Positions 1-14,012 of a DNA stretch of 64,000 nucleotides are shown one piece after another. The stretch's first letter is position 1, and the number at the start of each line of letters is the position of its first letter. The notes under the pieces were generated by a model. The model saw nothing but the letters and a program-made list of their open reading frames with translations, did not search any database and had not been told where the DNA came from. Source of the DNA: Octopus sinensis (lineage: Eukaryota); contig NC_043003.1 in NCBI RefSeq assembly GCF_006345805.1, positions 87,048,001-87,112,000 of the forward strand, read 5' to 3'. Both the position numbers and the translations under genes were made by a program.

Positions 1-275
1 CACGTGTACCCTTAACGTAGTTCTCGGGGATATTCAGCGTGACACAGAGAGTGACAAGGCCGGCCCTTTGAAATACAGGTACAACAGAAACAGGAAGTAA
101 GAGTGAGAGAAAGTTGTGGTGAAAGAGTACAGCAGGGATCACCACCATCCCTGCCGGAGCCTCGTGGAGCTTTTAGGTGTTTTCGCTCAATAAACACTCA
201 CAACGCCCGGTCTGGGAATCGAAACCGCGATCCTACGACCGCGAGTCCGCTGCCCTAACCACTGGGCCATTGCGC

Positions 276-278
<3 letters not shown>
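1..278 (-). mobile_element. tRNA-derived SINE, family A (Arg-tRNA-like head; possibly octopus OR-type), truncated by window edge
   Basis: Minus strand begins AGGCGCAATGGCCCAGTGGTTAGG (A box) ... GGTTTCGATTCCC (B box); the same head and body occur at 18180-18571, 35633-35940 and 54414-54705. Confidence 0.85.
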
Positions 279-325
<47 letters not shown>

Positions 326-330
326 TTGTT

Positions 331-562
331 ATTTCTTTATTGCCCACAAGGGGCTAAACATAGAGAGGACAAACAAGGACAGACAAACGGATTAAGTCGA
401 TTACATAGAACCCAGTGCGTAACTGGTACTTAATTTATCGACCCCGAAAGGATGGAAGGCAAAGTCGACTTCGGTGGAATTTGAACTCAGAACGTAGCGG
501 CAGACGAAATACGGGTACGCATTTCGCCCGACGTGCTAACGTTTCTGCCAGCTCGCCACCTT
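331..562 (-). mobile_element. tRNA-headed SINE, family B
   Basis: Minus strand reads GGTGGCGAGCTGGCAGAAACG...GAGTTCAAATTCC...GCCTTCCATCCTTTCGGGGTCGATAAA...CCCCTTGTGGGCAATAAAGAAAT; more than 10 copies in the window. Confidence 0.85.
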
Positions 563-631
563 AGTATGTATATTTGTATTAATGTGTGTATGTGTGTGTG
601 TGTGTGAGTGTATATATACACACACACACAC

Positions 632-672
<41 letters not shown>

Positions 673-1200
673 CACACATGTACATCACGCATTTTATCAA
701 ATACCACAGAAGACATTGGTTGACCTGGGGTCACAGTAAAAGACACTCGCCAAAGATTCCACACAGTCAGAATGAAGCCACAACCACGTGTTTGTAACAG
801 TATGTTGGAGTGTATTGTCTAGTATATACTGTCCTTCTAGAAGACGATAAGGTTTAATAAGAGGGAGGTTTTACTGCTGCATCTAACCTGTCAAGTGATC
901 ACGTTGAAGCAAACCCCCACCTCATTGGCTCAGAGAAATCCTTGTTATTAAGGACAGTGTAATTGCGGAGCTGGTGGAGTGGTGGATAAAATAGCTTGCA
1001 GAATGTGTTTCAGGTCTTTACGTTCTGAGTTCAAATACTACCAAAGTCATCCTTCTGGGATCGATTACAGAAACTGTCCAGTGCTGGAATCCGTTTAGAT
1101 TGATTAACCTAAATTTTTAAATTACCCCAAATTTTTGGCTTTATGCCTATGATAGAAGCAATGATTAAAGGTGGAGATTAAACGTGTAAGATTAATATAT

Positions 1201-1432
1201 ATTTCTTTACTGCCCTCAAGGGGCTAAACATAGAGGGGGACAAACAAAGGCAGACAAAGGGATTAAGTCGATTACATCGACCTAGTGCGAAACTGGTACT
1301 TTATTTATCGACCCCGAGAGGATGAAAGGCAAAGTCGACCTCGGCAGAATTTGAACTCAGAACGTAACGGCAGACGAAATACGGCTACGCATTTCGCCCG
1401 GTGTGCTAACGATTCTGCCAGCTCGCCTCCTT
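1201..1432 (-). mobile_element. SINE family B, full length
   Basis: Near-identical to 331-562. A 3'-truncated copy in the opposite orientation follows at ~1490-1625. Confidence 0.85.
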
Positions 1433-2334
1433 AAGATTAATATATTAAGATTAATATATAATGTAAGATTAATATATCTCGCAGCACTAAGGTGGCGAGC
1501 TGGCAGAGTTATTAACACACCAAACAGAATACTTAGCGGAATTTCGCCCGTCTTTACGTTCTGAGTTCAAATTCTTCCGAGGTTGACTTTGCCTTTCATC
1601 CTTTCGAGACCGATAAAATAAGTGTTGCCGAGATGACCAAACTTTGTGAGTGAAATTGAGTAGATGAAAACTATATAGAAACCTTTATATGGATTGCACA
1701 TGTTATTCAAAAAGATACCGCCTTGTAACACACAGTCATGCTGATTCCGCCTGAGAATTACATTACTGGTTTACATGTCTGTGGAATACTGAGTCACTCA
1801 CACGTTAATTCAAGAGTAGGTAATTTGGTTGATCAAACAGGTGAATCCTTCTCGTCGTCGAACGACGGAGATCCACCCCACCCCGCAAATATTTGCTACA
1901 AATGTTTCATAAACAATAACCAATTTCTAACCTGAAACGATTTTGTGCAATAGAGTCCAACAAGATCAGTAGTTTTCTTTCAGTTTAAAGAAATAAAATA
2001 AAATAAATAGAAAAGCATAAACACTCCTTTCACTTGAATCACCAAGATCGGTTTATAGGTCACACTATCTTTATTCACTCTCAATTTACAAGTTGATTTC
2101 AGGTTTCTTATTAATATAAACCTGTACAGTATGTCTGTCGGTCCTGGAAATACCTGTCACTATTGTGTGACTGAAGCCAAGCACTGACTAGTTAATACTA
2201 AGATCGGACGACCGGTTTGTAGTGACATTGGTGTGATACATAACTCACTGGGTTGGCTCTATGGAATATATTTAGAGCAATTCAATTTAGCTGAGCCTAG
2301 CCCTCTGCAGACTATGACTACCAGAACAGCTGAA

Positions 2335-3070
2335 CTACGTTAATATTACAGAGCCCACGATTCCGCAGAGGTTGACTTCGTCATTCTTCCTTTCGGGATC
2401 GATAACATAAAGCACCAGTTGAACACTGGGATCGATGTAATCGACTTGTCCCCCCCCGCCCCTCGAAATTGCTGGCCTTGTGCTAAAATATGAAATCGAT
2501 ATTATAGAGCCTGCTTTAAGACGGCGGGCTGGTAGAATCGTTAGCACGCCGGGAACAAAATACGTAGCGATATTTCGACGGTCTTTGAGTTCTGACTTCA
2601 AATTCCGCTGAGGTCGACTTTGCCTTTCGTCCTTTAATTATGTACCAATTAAACAGTGGGGTCGATGTAATTGACTTATTTCCTTCCTCGAAACTGCTGG
2701 CCTTGTTCCAAAATTTGAAATCAATATTACTATGCCCCTGTATATCTACGTGTGTGTATTTATGTGTGTATATGTATGTGTATATATGTGTGTGTAAGTA
2801 TGTGTATGTATTTATGTATATATGTATATATTTATGTATCTGTACGTATGTATGTGTGCTTTTGTGTTTGTCCCCCACCACTACTTGACAATTAGTATTG
2901 GTTTGTTTATTACGTTCCTTAATGGTTCGGCAAAAAGAGGTCTATAGAATAAGTATTAATCATAAAAAAATAACAACTGAAATAAATTTATTCGATTAAA
3001 CCTTTGAAGGCGGTGCCTCAGCATGGCCGCAGTCTAAAAACTGAAACAAGTAAAATATAAAAGATAAAGG
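2335..3070. mobile_element. Cluster of older SINE B fragments (inverted pair) plus the 3' half of SINE family C
   Basis: SINE B core motifs at 2335-2500 (-) and 2520-2720 (+); the SINE C tail GGCGGTGCCTCAGCATGGCCGCAGTC...GAAACAAGTAAAA lies at ~3010-3060. Confidence 0.7.
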
Positions 3071-3302
3071 AAGTCTGTAATTTCATATTATTTTTATTTG
3101 TTTTTATACACTATACCATCACGAATGTAAGATATCAGCCTTCATCTATGACGTCATCTCTTTAACTAGGAAGTTACAATACACGCACGATACTAGTATT
3201 TTATATTGTACTCTGCAAGTATTAAGTTTTATGAAAGGTATAAAAATAAAGCAGTGAACATGATTACGGATAAATAAAATCAAAACCATCATATTTTTAA
3301 AA

Positions 3303-3651
3303 CAAGGGTTCTCAACCATTTTTTATCTGTGGACCCCTTTGATTACTATTTTATTCCGGTGGACCCCATAGCCATTATATGTTTAAAAACTAGTTTTATA
3401 GAAACTTCTTTCAAAATTCCTATTTTGATTTTCGCCTATTAACTTGTGTAGGTTGAACAATGCAAAATGTTAGAGAAAGAAACCTAGGTGTTTCTTGGAG
3501 TACACACCAATACATACATCTAAAGCAAAATTTTTTTAAGGGTCCCTTAAAATATTATTGTGGAACTCCAATTTACTATTTTCTTGCGTGGAGCCCCAAA
3601 ATTCTTATATGGAATGTCGGAGGCCATATGAACTCGGATTGATAACCACTG
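3303..3651. mobile_element. hAT (Buster/Charlie-type) MITE
   Basis: Imperfect TIRs CAAGGGTTCTCAACC / GATTGATAACCACTG and internal GTGGACCCC subterminal repeats. Confidence 0.6.
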
Positions 3652-4243
3652 GCCCTGATCATGTTACATCCATTCATGAAGGTGAAATTCAGATCTCACG
3701 TAAAAATAGAATTTTCTAATTACAGTACAAAAACGTAAAAAGAAAACTGTGTCATGTCCGAGAAACTTGAGAGGGAAGATACGTCATCGATGACATCACT
3801 GTGCGGTGGAAAGTCCAGCAAGTTATCGGTATCCCACTACGAAGTCGTATTTCACCTGAGGTAGATGAGCAATACCCAGGGTAGCTGCGGTCATGTGTAC
3901 TAAAGGAAAATAACAGCTGTAGCTGATGGAACTTTTCCAGCACTTTGCGGTATTTTCTATTCCTGGCTTGTCATATTGGCATTCAAAAATCTTTCGGATT
4001 ATAGAGGTTTTCAGATTTTAGAATTTCGAATAAAGGGTTTTTAACATGTAGTAGTGTTCTCGTGTTATTCTTTTCAATTATTTTAATGATTTCAGTCAAA
4101 GAACTACGACTAGTCAGGTACTTGTTTTATCGATATCCATTTGTCAAACTATTAAGTTCTGTGACTTAAAGGGTTGAAACATAAATAACATCAGTTATAA
4201 CTTGAATAGATATAACCATAATCCAAACACATACATACGATCT

Positions 4244-4331
<88 letters not shown>

Positions 4332-4366
4332 GTGTGTGTACACATATACGTATATGTATATATATA

Positions 4367-4930
4367 TCTCTTATTATAAAAGGCAGATTTTATCTGCCTC
4401 CCTTTGTCTCTTATAGAAATCTACAATATAGGATTTCTTCAATTACAATTTACCTAGCATTTTTAAGAGTAGAATGCATCGGGTCGTGCCAGGTACGGTT
4501 TTTAAAATTTCAACCCCAATTAAGCAAAATTTAGAGAAAACTCACATTGTGGTGTGTAAGTGAAGTGCTTTTCTTAGTGTGGGCTACAGCACACACACAC
4601 GCACACACACAAAAACGGAGCGATCTGCTTCACTCACGCTATCACCCTAATTTCTCCTCCTTTCTCTTTGCAAGTGTGCAACGATTAAAGTGAAAGTATT
4701 TCTATAAAACGAGAGAAGTGTACCTTAAACCACTACTCAAAAAAAAAACAGCAAACAGAAACAAATAAATACATAACGATTTCTTCAATTACAGTTTACC
4801 TATGATTTTTACAAGTACTTCCATTCGGTCATGCCATACAAAATTTCTTTCAATTTCACCCCCAATTAAGACAAAATTCGAGAAAACTCAATATTTTAAC
4901 ATTTCTCTCCGAAAGCATTGATGTACATGT
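4367..4930 (+). mobile_element. Non-autonomous Helitron-like 5' portion (second copy at ~5570-5900)
   Basis: Starts TCTCTTATTATAAAAGGCAGATTTTATCTGCCTCCC; a near-identical start occurs at 5570. The TC 5' end resembles the other Helitron-like elements here. Confidence 0.5.
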
Positions 4931-4938
4931 GTGCGTGC

Positions 4939-4975
<37 letters not shown>

Positions 4976-6384
4976 ATGGGGTGTGCGACACAGAAAGTGT
5001 GGTGTGTATGTGAAGTGCTTTTGTTAGTGTGTGTAAAGAGACAGAGAGAGTAATGTTGTGCTGTGTACCTAAAGCACGCACACACACACACACAAGCGGA
5101 GCGCGAACTTCAAAAGAACTTCGCGCGCTATCTATCTGGTTTGCCATTCCTCACACACACGCATACACATACGTATATGACAGTGACAAACACAAACGTT
5201 TCAAACAACTACATACAAACACTCAAACACACACACACGTGTGTGTTTGTTATTAGTAAAAAAGGCGCCAAACACAACTCACTTCTCATACGAACACATT
5301 TGCAAAAACACACCGATTGCCATAACAATACAGAAAAGGTAAATTGGTTTTTAATTTACTTTCTGTCGTTAAATTTTGGTAGTATTAATTGGCGAGCGTA
5401 CTTCTGTTGTTAATTGTTGACAGAAAGAAATTGTAAGCTAATAAGGTGTGAGTGTGTGTGTAGGAAGTGAAGAATAAAAATATTGCAAGAAGTGGACAGA
5501 TGTACATATATACATCCATACATACATGTGTGTGTGTGTCTATGTATGTGTATTAATGTGTGTGTGTTATCTCTTATTATAAAAGGCAAATTTTATCTGC
5601 CTCCCTTTGGGAGTTATACAAATCTACAATATAGGATTTCTTCAATTACAATTTACCTAGAATTTTTGAGAGTACAATGCATCGCGTCATGCCAGGTCCA
5701 GTTTTTAAAATTTAAACTCCAATTAAGCAAAATTTACAGAAAACTCACATTCTGGTGTGTGTGTCAAATGCTTTTCTTAGTCTGGTTTACACCACACGCA
5801 AACGCACACACACAGTGGGCAACGAATAAAATGAAAGTAAATAGCGACAGAGTGATTTGAGGAAGACTAAAGTGAAAGTATTCTGTCTATGACGCTGATA
5901 GATACATGAGTAAAATGTATGGGAAGCTAAGAGCTAAGAGTGAGTGAAAATGTTCTTGGAAGAGAGTAATTAGTAATAAAGTAAACATACATACATACAT
6001 ACATACATAATACACAACATACATACATACATAATACATACATACATACATACATACATACTACATACACACACATACACACACACATACACACACACAT
6101 ACATACACACACATACATACATACACACATACATACATACACACATACATACATACATACATATACATACATACATACACACACACACATACACACACAC
6201 ACAGTATTGAAGCTTGAGAACAATCAGATACATTTGCAACACATCTGTTGAAAATATTATTGTTCACACACATACATATACATATATACATACAGACAGA
6301 CAGATAGACACACACACACACACACACACACACATGATCCAGCATGGCCACAACCTCAAGGCTGAAACATATAAAAGAATAACA

Positions 6385-6745
6385 GAATATAAATGTGTGC
6401 AAAGTACAAGAAATATTAATGCAGTATATGGGGATTGGACAATAAGCGTAAGGCAGTGTCAATGGTGGTTCCAGAAATCCCGAGCCATAAACTACAGCCT
6501 AGAAGACGAGCCTCATCCTGAAAGATCTGTAGAACTCGACAAGGACATCCTGAAAACCCTGGTGGAACAAAATATCATCGTAACTGTTGAGGAACTAGCA
6601 GAGAAGCTTGGATTTGGTCATTCAACCATTCATTGACACCTGTGTGCTATCGGAAAAGTCAGCAAATTGGGTCAATGGGTTCCTCACGAACTTTCCGAGT
6701 CTAATTGCATGCAGAGAGTGAATGTATGCTTTTCTTTGCTGTCAT
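6385..6745 (+). mobile_element. Mariner transposase fragment (HTH to WVPHEL), decayed
   Basis: Translation YGDWTISVRQCQWWFQK...LEDEPHPERS...TVEELAEKLGFGHSTIH*HL..IGKVSKLGQWVPHEL contains the mariner WVPHEL motif. Confidence 0.85.
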
Positions 6746-6771
6746 ATCTCACCACTACTGCGCTATGTATA

Positions 6772-7408
6772 TCTATATATATAAAACTGTAGTTGTGTGA
6801 GTGTCTGTCCCCTTCGATTTAGATTCCTAACTACTCCCACATTTTGCGGTACAGTTTAACCAAATTCAGGTAGCTTATAGTCGTGATTCATATCGAGCCC
6901 GTCTGAATATTAGCGCACGTCTACGATGAGTCTACGATTTTAAAAATAATTTAACATCATTTTTTATTCCATTTTAATGCATAATTTTTCGTGTGTCGAT
7001 GGCGGCGGAGTTGGCGTCCACGCTCACACCTGCACCTGTGGGGAAGGGAGTGTAAGGAAATCAACGTCGTAATGCGTTGTCAAGGAGACCAGTGTTCTTT
7101 TAGAACAACGACTTCATGGCTTGAAGACACCAAAACAGAAATGGCTAAGAAAGCGTCTACATGAGTCTACGATTTAAAAAAAAAATTACCATCGTTTTTT
7201 TTCCATTTTAATGCATTTTTTCGCTATTATATAAGGGAAGTAACTCTCTAAAAATGTCTACGATGAGTCAACGATTTTAAAAAAAATTTACCATCATATT
7301 TTTTCCATTTTTAATGCATTTTTTGCTATTTTTTGGCTATAACTCTCTAAAAATGCTTATATAGTTATTTCCCTTACAAACCCGAGCAACGCCGGGCGAT
7401 ACTGCTAG
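6772..7408 (+). mobile_element. Non-autonomous Helitron
   Basis: 5' TC(TATATATATAAAA); 3' hairpin CCCGAGCAACGCCGGG followed by CTAG. A related copy lies at 10484-10997 (-). Confidence 0.75.
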
Positions 7409-7766
7409 TCTCTATATAAAGCTGAAGTTGTCTGTGTGCGCCACGTTTGGTAACCTTCAACTAACACTATCTCCTCCGAGACCCTGCGGCGCAAGTTGAC
7501 CAAAATTGAGTGTATGATAGAAGAAGGGTTGCTCTTCCTTCCGTAGAACATAAAATTCAAATCGGACCATGTTAACACCAAAAATTATTTACATCAAAAA
7601 GCTGCTTTTTTCTATGAAAATCCCTATTTTTTACGATTTTTTCACTGCTGTGTCGCCACTTTTCGGTATATTTCGACCAGAAAAATGTTCACAAAATTTT
7701 TACTTTTCAAAATTACAATTCCAGCGGGTCGAAACAAACCCGAGCAACGCCGGGCGATACTGCTAG
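7409..7766 (+). mobile_element. Second non-autonomous Helitron in tandem
   Basis: Starts TCTCTATATAAAGCTG immediately after the previous CTAG; ends with the identical CCCGAGCAACGCCGGGCGATACTGCTAG. Confidence 0.7.
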
Positions 7767-7864
7767 TATATATATATCATCTTCATTGTCATCATCATCA
7801 GTCACCACCATTAATCATTACCAACATTTAACATTGGACTATATATATATATATGAATATATAT

Positions 7865-7921
<57 letters not shown>

Positions 7922-8069
7922 TATAAATTAGAAAAAAAACACTATTATGTAATTCAAACAATGATAGACATAAAGAATATCATATCGAAAAAATAAAATA
8001 TATCATAAAACATAATTAGATCACAAAAAGTACCAAAAAAATGAATAAACAATATATAATAAGAAAAAA

Positions 8070-8170
8070 GACTACGTACGTTTCGTGGGTATAACTTCGA
8101 TTCGAATTACAATAGAATTTTAATTTTATCGAAAAACAATTTAATTTAAAGTATAGTCACTCCTCAGGTC
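8070..8170 (-). ncRNA. Type I hammerhead ribozyme motif with long stem II insertion, in a PLE-like terminal repeat (~7926-8260)
   Basis: Minus strand: GAC-CUGAGGA-GUG(ACUAUA...UAUACC)CAC-GAAA-CGUACG-UA-GUC. Core intact, palindromic stem III, GUA cleavage triplet; the element abuts (TA)n. Confidence 0.6.
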
Positions 8171-8258
8171 AACAGTACGAACAATAATAGTTAAATAAAT
8201 AATCAAATAGAATTAAACAATATTTCTTAAAGACATAAAAACATGATTCTCCTTTCCC

Positions 8259-8309
<51 letters not shown>

Positions 8310-8344
8310 TATTATTATATTATTATTATTATTATCATTATCAT

Positions 8345-8434
<90 letters not shown>

Positions 8435-9096
8435 TGTCCCTTTGGCGTGTGATCTACAAGGGAGATTATTTTAGGCTACTTCTTAGTTTACTTTTCAATT
8501 TCTAAAAATGCGTAAGATGTTGGCTAAAGATTTTTACAATGTAATCAGCAATGAGACGAAGGCAGTTGTATATTTACAAGAAAACAGCACTAAATTCCGA
8601 TAATTTCTTAAGAAACAGAAAGGTGCCACTTTGCTGTGAGATCTACAATTTATAGGGTTATTATTTTAGATTACTTTTTAGTTTACGTTGTGTTAGTGCT
8701 ACTTTCCGTGTGATTTACGAGAGCAAATTTAATTTGGTGGGAGAGAGAGTGGATTATATACAGGCACAAGAGATTCCGGTTATGAATATGTCAGGAATAT
8801 TTTCATTTTTATGTTAGCCAAGATGCTTTTGAAGTTACGAACTTAGTTTCAGAGATAGCAGCTTTAAAACTATTTATAGTAGCAGTAGTAAAATGAAAAT
8901 GTTTACCAACCAAGTGCAGATGTAGTGAGTGATTCGATGTGAGAGTGTGTGTGTATGTGTGTGCCTACACACAAGCATGTGTGTGAGTGTATGCGTGCGT
9001 TTGTGTGTGTATGTGCGTGCGTGCAAGCGTGTGTGTGCACGCGTGTGTGCGTGCGTGCGTGTATTTGTGTGTGTGTGTGTGTTGTGTGTGTGTGTG

Positions 9097-9184
<88 letters not shown>

Positions 9185-9309
9185 TATTTGTAACACGCGA
9201 GAACACCAACAATAGCAGATAAAAAATATCATGAATTCTGTTGTGTTTGGGGAGAGTCATTTTCTTTTTGTGCCTTTTAATGTAACACACTCACCGGTAA
9301 AATGTTATC

Positions 9310-12300
9310 ATGAATGTTATTTAAATTTCTCACAGCTAACAAACAATAATTTCACTCATTTAGATTATTGAAATCAGCTTTCATGTTATAGCTATATAGT
9401 TCTTCATTATAATTTGATCGTTCTAGTCTCCTACTATCTTTAAACGATTTAAGTATTCATTACTATAACTTATCTCATAAAAATGTAAGCATGTTATTTT
9501 AAAATCTATACAGCTGTTGGATTCCCAATACATAAAGAAAGCATACGAAACAGTTGCATATGGGCTTAATAACATTTATTTCATTTCCTATGTTATATTG
9601 TAACACAAAAATACAATAAGATTAGGCTGCTGCAAGGATAACGGAATTTAACATAAACAAGTTCTTAGCTTGAAACTATTTATTTCAAAGATGGAGAAAA
9701 TAGGAAGACATTACGTTTTTGCCTTTTTCCAAGAACATTAATTATGCAAATGAAATAGTATAATTTCACTCCAACATAGAAACCAATTAGCAAGGCCAAC
9801 TTGCATAGAATATCTCAAACAGTAATGTTCTCCTTTTTCCAGCAGACGTTTTAATTCAAGAACACATAAACCACGGAAGTCGATATTGATTGGTTGATAA
9901 AATCTAAGTGTATTAAACATGTAGAAATATTCAGTGGCAGTATTTGAGTGGAGGTGTAAGATACATTTTGCCATACGTGGCAGTCAGGACATAGATGTTA
10001 TCAACTGTGTTAAAATCCCTGTACATATATTCAAGCCAAAAGAAAAATTCCTTAAGGAAGACAAAAATTTTATGTATTACAATATTAATTTATTTTGTAT
10101 AATATCATTTTTACTTTTACTGGCACAAAATTTACAAAGCTAAAATTAAGTATTTCATAACTAAAAAAATATAAGGCAAATCTTTGTTAATGTTTTAGCC
10201 ATAAGGCACACAGCTAGATGATATCTTTTTATTCACTTAATGTTGTCACTTTATATTCATGAACTCAGTTTCATTAAGTTCAAACAGCTATCAAAATCGG
10301 GTCTCAAATTCATCTTGTTACCAGCTTATTTTCTATTCGACAGAGTAACAATAAAATCTAGATAAATGAATGTTCTCAAATTGACAGAAATGTGGAGTTA
10401 CTACACCGGGTCCATATGAATCTCGCAAAGGGCATTGAAATTTGTATCACTAGTGGTGGAAGCCATGTTAAAAATATTATTTACCAGCAGTATCGCCCGG
10501 CGTTGCTCGGGTTTGTAAGGGAAATAACTATATAAGCATTTTTAGAGAGTTACTTCCCTTATAGATGCCAATTCGGGCTTTCTTAGCCATTTCTGTTTTG
10601 GTGTGTTCAAGCCATGAAGTCGTTGTTCTAAAAGAACGCTGGTCTCCTTGACAACACTTTACGATGTTGATTTCCTTACACTCCCTTCCCCACAGCTTCA
10701 CGAGGGAGGGAAGAAGGGGGAAGAAGCAAACAGGTGCAGGTGTGACCATGGACGCCAACTCCGCCGCCATCGACACACGAAAAATTATGCATTAAAATGG
10801 AATAAAAAATGATGTTAAATTATTTTTAAAATCGTAGACTCATCGTAGACTCGCGCTAATACTCAGACAGGCTCGATATGAATCACGACTATAAGATACC
10901 CGAATTTGGTTAAACTGCACCGCAAAATGTGGGAGTAGTTAGGAATCTAAATCGAAGGGGACAGACACTCACACAACTACAGTTTTATATATATAGATTA
11001 ATGAAGTTGGATAAAATTATTGAAAATATATATTTTCGCTAATGTATCCAGAATTTACGATCACCCTGTTTAACATGCACCAAAAGTTGTCACAATATTG
11101 TTTTAGTGACGAAGTGCGGTATTAATGCTAGCTTGAAACGTTCATCGGTACTGGGAATCAGAACCGATTGGCAAAATCTATTTGTCAAGAGCAACTTAAA
11201 TAGCATTTGCTTTGTTTAACATAAATTTTAAAATAGTTTACCTTGATCTTCTGTTTATGATCTCTAATACTAGAAAAAGAAATTTTGACACTGCAGTTTG
11301 ACTTCTAAAATTTTACTATCAACTTTCTATGTTAGTTTTGACATATCCTTCAGTTACAGTTGGTTACTTACCAAGTGGAAACACCCAGTTTCTTGAAGGT
11401 TTATCAAACCTTAATAAGAATGTTATAACACTCTATGTCCCCTTCTCAATTTATTTGGGGCATGGATCTTAATAAAAAGAAATTAATACTCCATATAGCT
11501 CTAAAAAGAGGCAGAGTTTCCTGAGTCAATGAAGGGTTTGTATAAATTGAATTGGTGCATTTCGTTACGTCCCTCTTGGTTTTAAATCCAAACACCAGCG
11601 GTGCCGACTTTATTATTTATTCCTCCTCGCGTGAGTGTGTGAGTGCGGGGGTCGATATTGAAGAAGGCGAGATATTTAATCTGACTATGCCATTTGATAC
11701 AAATGTTGCTCTCATAGCTAGAAATTATTTCCCAATTCCTTTGGGAAATAACCCTTCTCTCTCTCTACCGCTGTCCGTCTGTCTTCCTGCCCGTCTCTGT
11801 CTCACTGTTTGTTTCTCTATTTTTCTCCCTCTCTCTATCTTTGTCCTACTCTCTTCCCCCTCTCTCTCTCCCTCTCTCTATCTTTCTCCCACTCTCTTCC
11901 CTCTCTCTCTCTTTCTCTTAAAAGAACAGCAGGATCTCTTTTGACTTTAATTTAAATAACACCGATGATATGGCTCAGTAATAAGAACAAGCAGGAAGCG
12001 AGTCAAGACTATGATGTACTTTTCCCCCTCTGCTACATCCTATTATTACACTGAACATGCACCCAGAAAGAACAAAAGCTACAATCTCCCCAACTTTTTT
12101 TTTTGTCTTAGATAGAAGTAGGACGTGTAACCTCAATGAAAGAAAAACAATAAAATAGTTTCGCTACAATTCAACAATACACAAAGTAAAATAAAATCCA
12201 ACCGAAACTAACGTTGCATTGGAAACAAAAAAGAAAAGATTAGTGTAAGTGAATTATTACCTGATCTTGTATCAAAATTTACAGGATAGGCTAATACACC

Positions 12301-12450
12301 CTGTTGGTCAAAACTATTAAAGTATTTGGACCTAGTTTGCGACCGGAAGATTATACAATCTATTTATGCACTAATTCCAGTTTCATTTTCCAATGAGCAA
12401 TCCCATTGTTTGTTAAATGGTGCTAGTATGAATGATATTTTGTTAAATGG
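9310..12450 (+). pseudogene. Possible highly decayed leucine-rich-repeat (Toll-like-receptor-type) gene remnant, interrupted by a Helitron and simple repeats
   Basis: Non-repetitive AT-rich DNA with scattered + strand LRR-like peptides: IEYLK (~9805), NLQS (~10130), YLDL (11239), FLEGLSNL (11389-11412), LLKYLDL (12314-12334). Many stops and frameshifts. Confidence 0.3.
10484..10997 (-). mobile_element. Non-autonomous Helitron
   Basis: Reverse-complement match to 6772-7408; TC...CTGG ends, sitting in an A|T target. Confidence 0.8.
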
Positions 12451-12907
12451 TGCTAGTATGAAGGATATTTCAGTGAAGGCCCTATAAGACAAATATCTGG
12501 CCTAGTAGATTAGAGGCAAGAAAATAAATTTTTGTCCTCAGAAGTCGACGCTGTGACTTTTTTTTAATTCATTCGACTGAAAATTCTTCAAGGTAGTGCC
12601 CCAACATGGCCACAGTCTAATGACTGTAAATGAAAGCAAAAGGTGAAAGATGTGTAATGAAAGTAAAAGGTGAGAAAGTAAAAAGAAAACAATAAATAGC
12701 CGTAAAATATAACAGTGGGGCTTTTGTCCACTTTCACATTTTAACTTTGGGGCTCTTGTCCGTGGGGCTTTTGTGCTGGCGGGGGGGGGGGGTCTTGTCC
12801 TACACTCATAATAAACATATACACACATATATTTGGAGAGTGTGAACAAGGAATGACTAAGTTTGTATTAGCTGGTGTATGTAACTGTGTCCGCGCGCTT
12901 GTGTGTA

Positions 12908-13365
12908 TCTATTATATAAAATCCGTTCTGTCTGTCTGTGTGTGTGTCTTCTAGGATCTCGGGCATCCTTCTTCCGATTGCGCTCAAATTTGATATGTAG
13001 ATACCGACGGTATCAGGGCGTTTATAAGTCTTGAAAAAATTACAAAAATCGATTCCAGGTGAGAATGCGATCGATAAAGCCGTGGGAACGTGCATTTGTA
13101 CGCGCAAGTACATCAGCTGTTGCGATGTACTTACTGGTACTTTAAACTCTTCGGTTGCATATTTGTGTGAATAAAATCGTTTTTCTTTAGAATAGAAAAA
13201 AAAGTCTATCTTTATTTCTTCTTTTGCTGGTGTCTCAAATTTAGGTTAAATCAGTGTTTCTCAAAGGGGAGGCCTATGGGACAGTTGGTCAAGTTGTTTT
13301 GAGAAAATTTGGTTTAAATGTCTGACAACTCAGCACCGTCCATTAGACGGGGGGCGTTTTGCTCG
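12908..13365 (+). mobile_element. Non-autonomous Helitron-like element
   Basis: 5' TCTATTATATAAAATCCG; 3' hairpin CCGTC-CATTA-GACGG followed by CTCG|T. Confidence 0.5.
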
Positions 13366-13377
13366 TATATAGATATA

Positions 13378-13981
13378 TCTTTATATATAAAACTGAAATG
13401 CGTTTTTACCGCTTGGATCGCTTTCAATGCCACTACATCCCGTCCGATTCGCTCCAAAATTTACAGGGACATGTAGAATGAGGTGACGATGTTCGTGGGC
13501 TACCTTAGAAATCCCTATCTTAAAAGGTGTGGTTGCTAGGGGCCATCTTCCTCACTCACGCTATTTCCTCCTTTCCCTCTCTTACTCCCCTTCATTTATA
13601 ACATTGAGAAGTCCACTCCAGTTATTTAATGTATTCCCCTCAACTCCCTTTCACTTTCCCTTTATAAGTTCGTCAGGCGGCCTTCTTTGATGTATCTGTT
13701 TGCATTCATAGGGAGAATTATCATCGCCACAATTTATGTATATGTCTTCCTCACTCACTCACTCTTTTTCCTAATGATAATTATCATCACCACCACCACC
13801 ACCACCAACACACAATACTCACTCTATTTCATACAAACGGCCTTCTTTTATGTATCTGTCTGTGTGAAAGAGAGAGATAACTGAAATTTTTTACTCGGTT
13901 TTTGTAGTGCGTGCGTGTGTATGCATGTATGTGTATATGTATGTATGCATGTATTTGTGTGTGTGTATGTATCTATGTATG

Positions 13982-14012
<31 letters not shown>

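Noticed and set aside
3726-3860. Possible coding exons (also 2125-2260 on - and 50970-51067 on -)
   Set aside because: Splice-like signals are present, but frames are short or stop-containing with no recognisable protein similarity.
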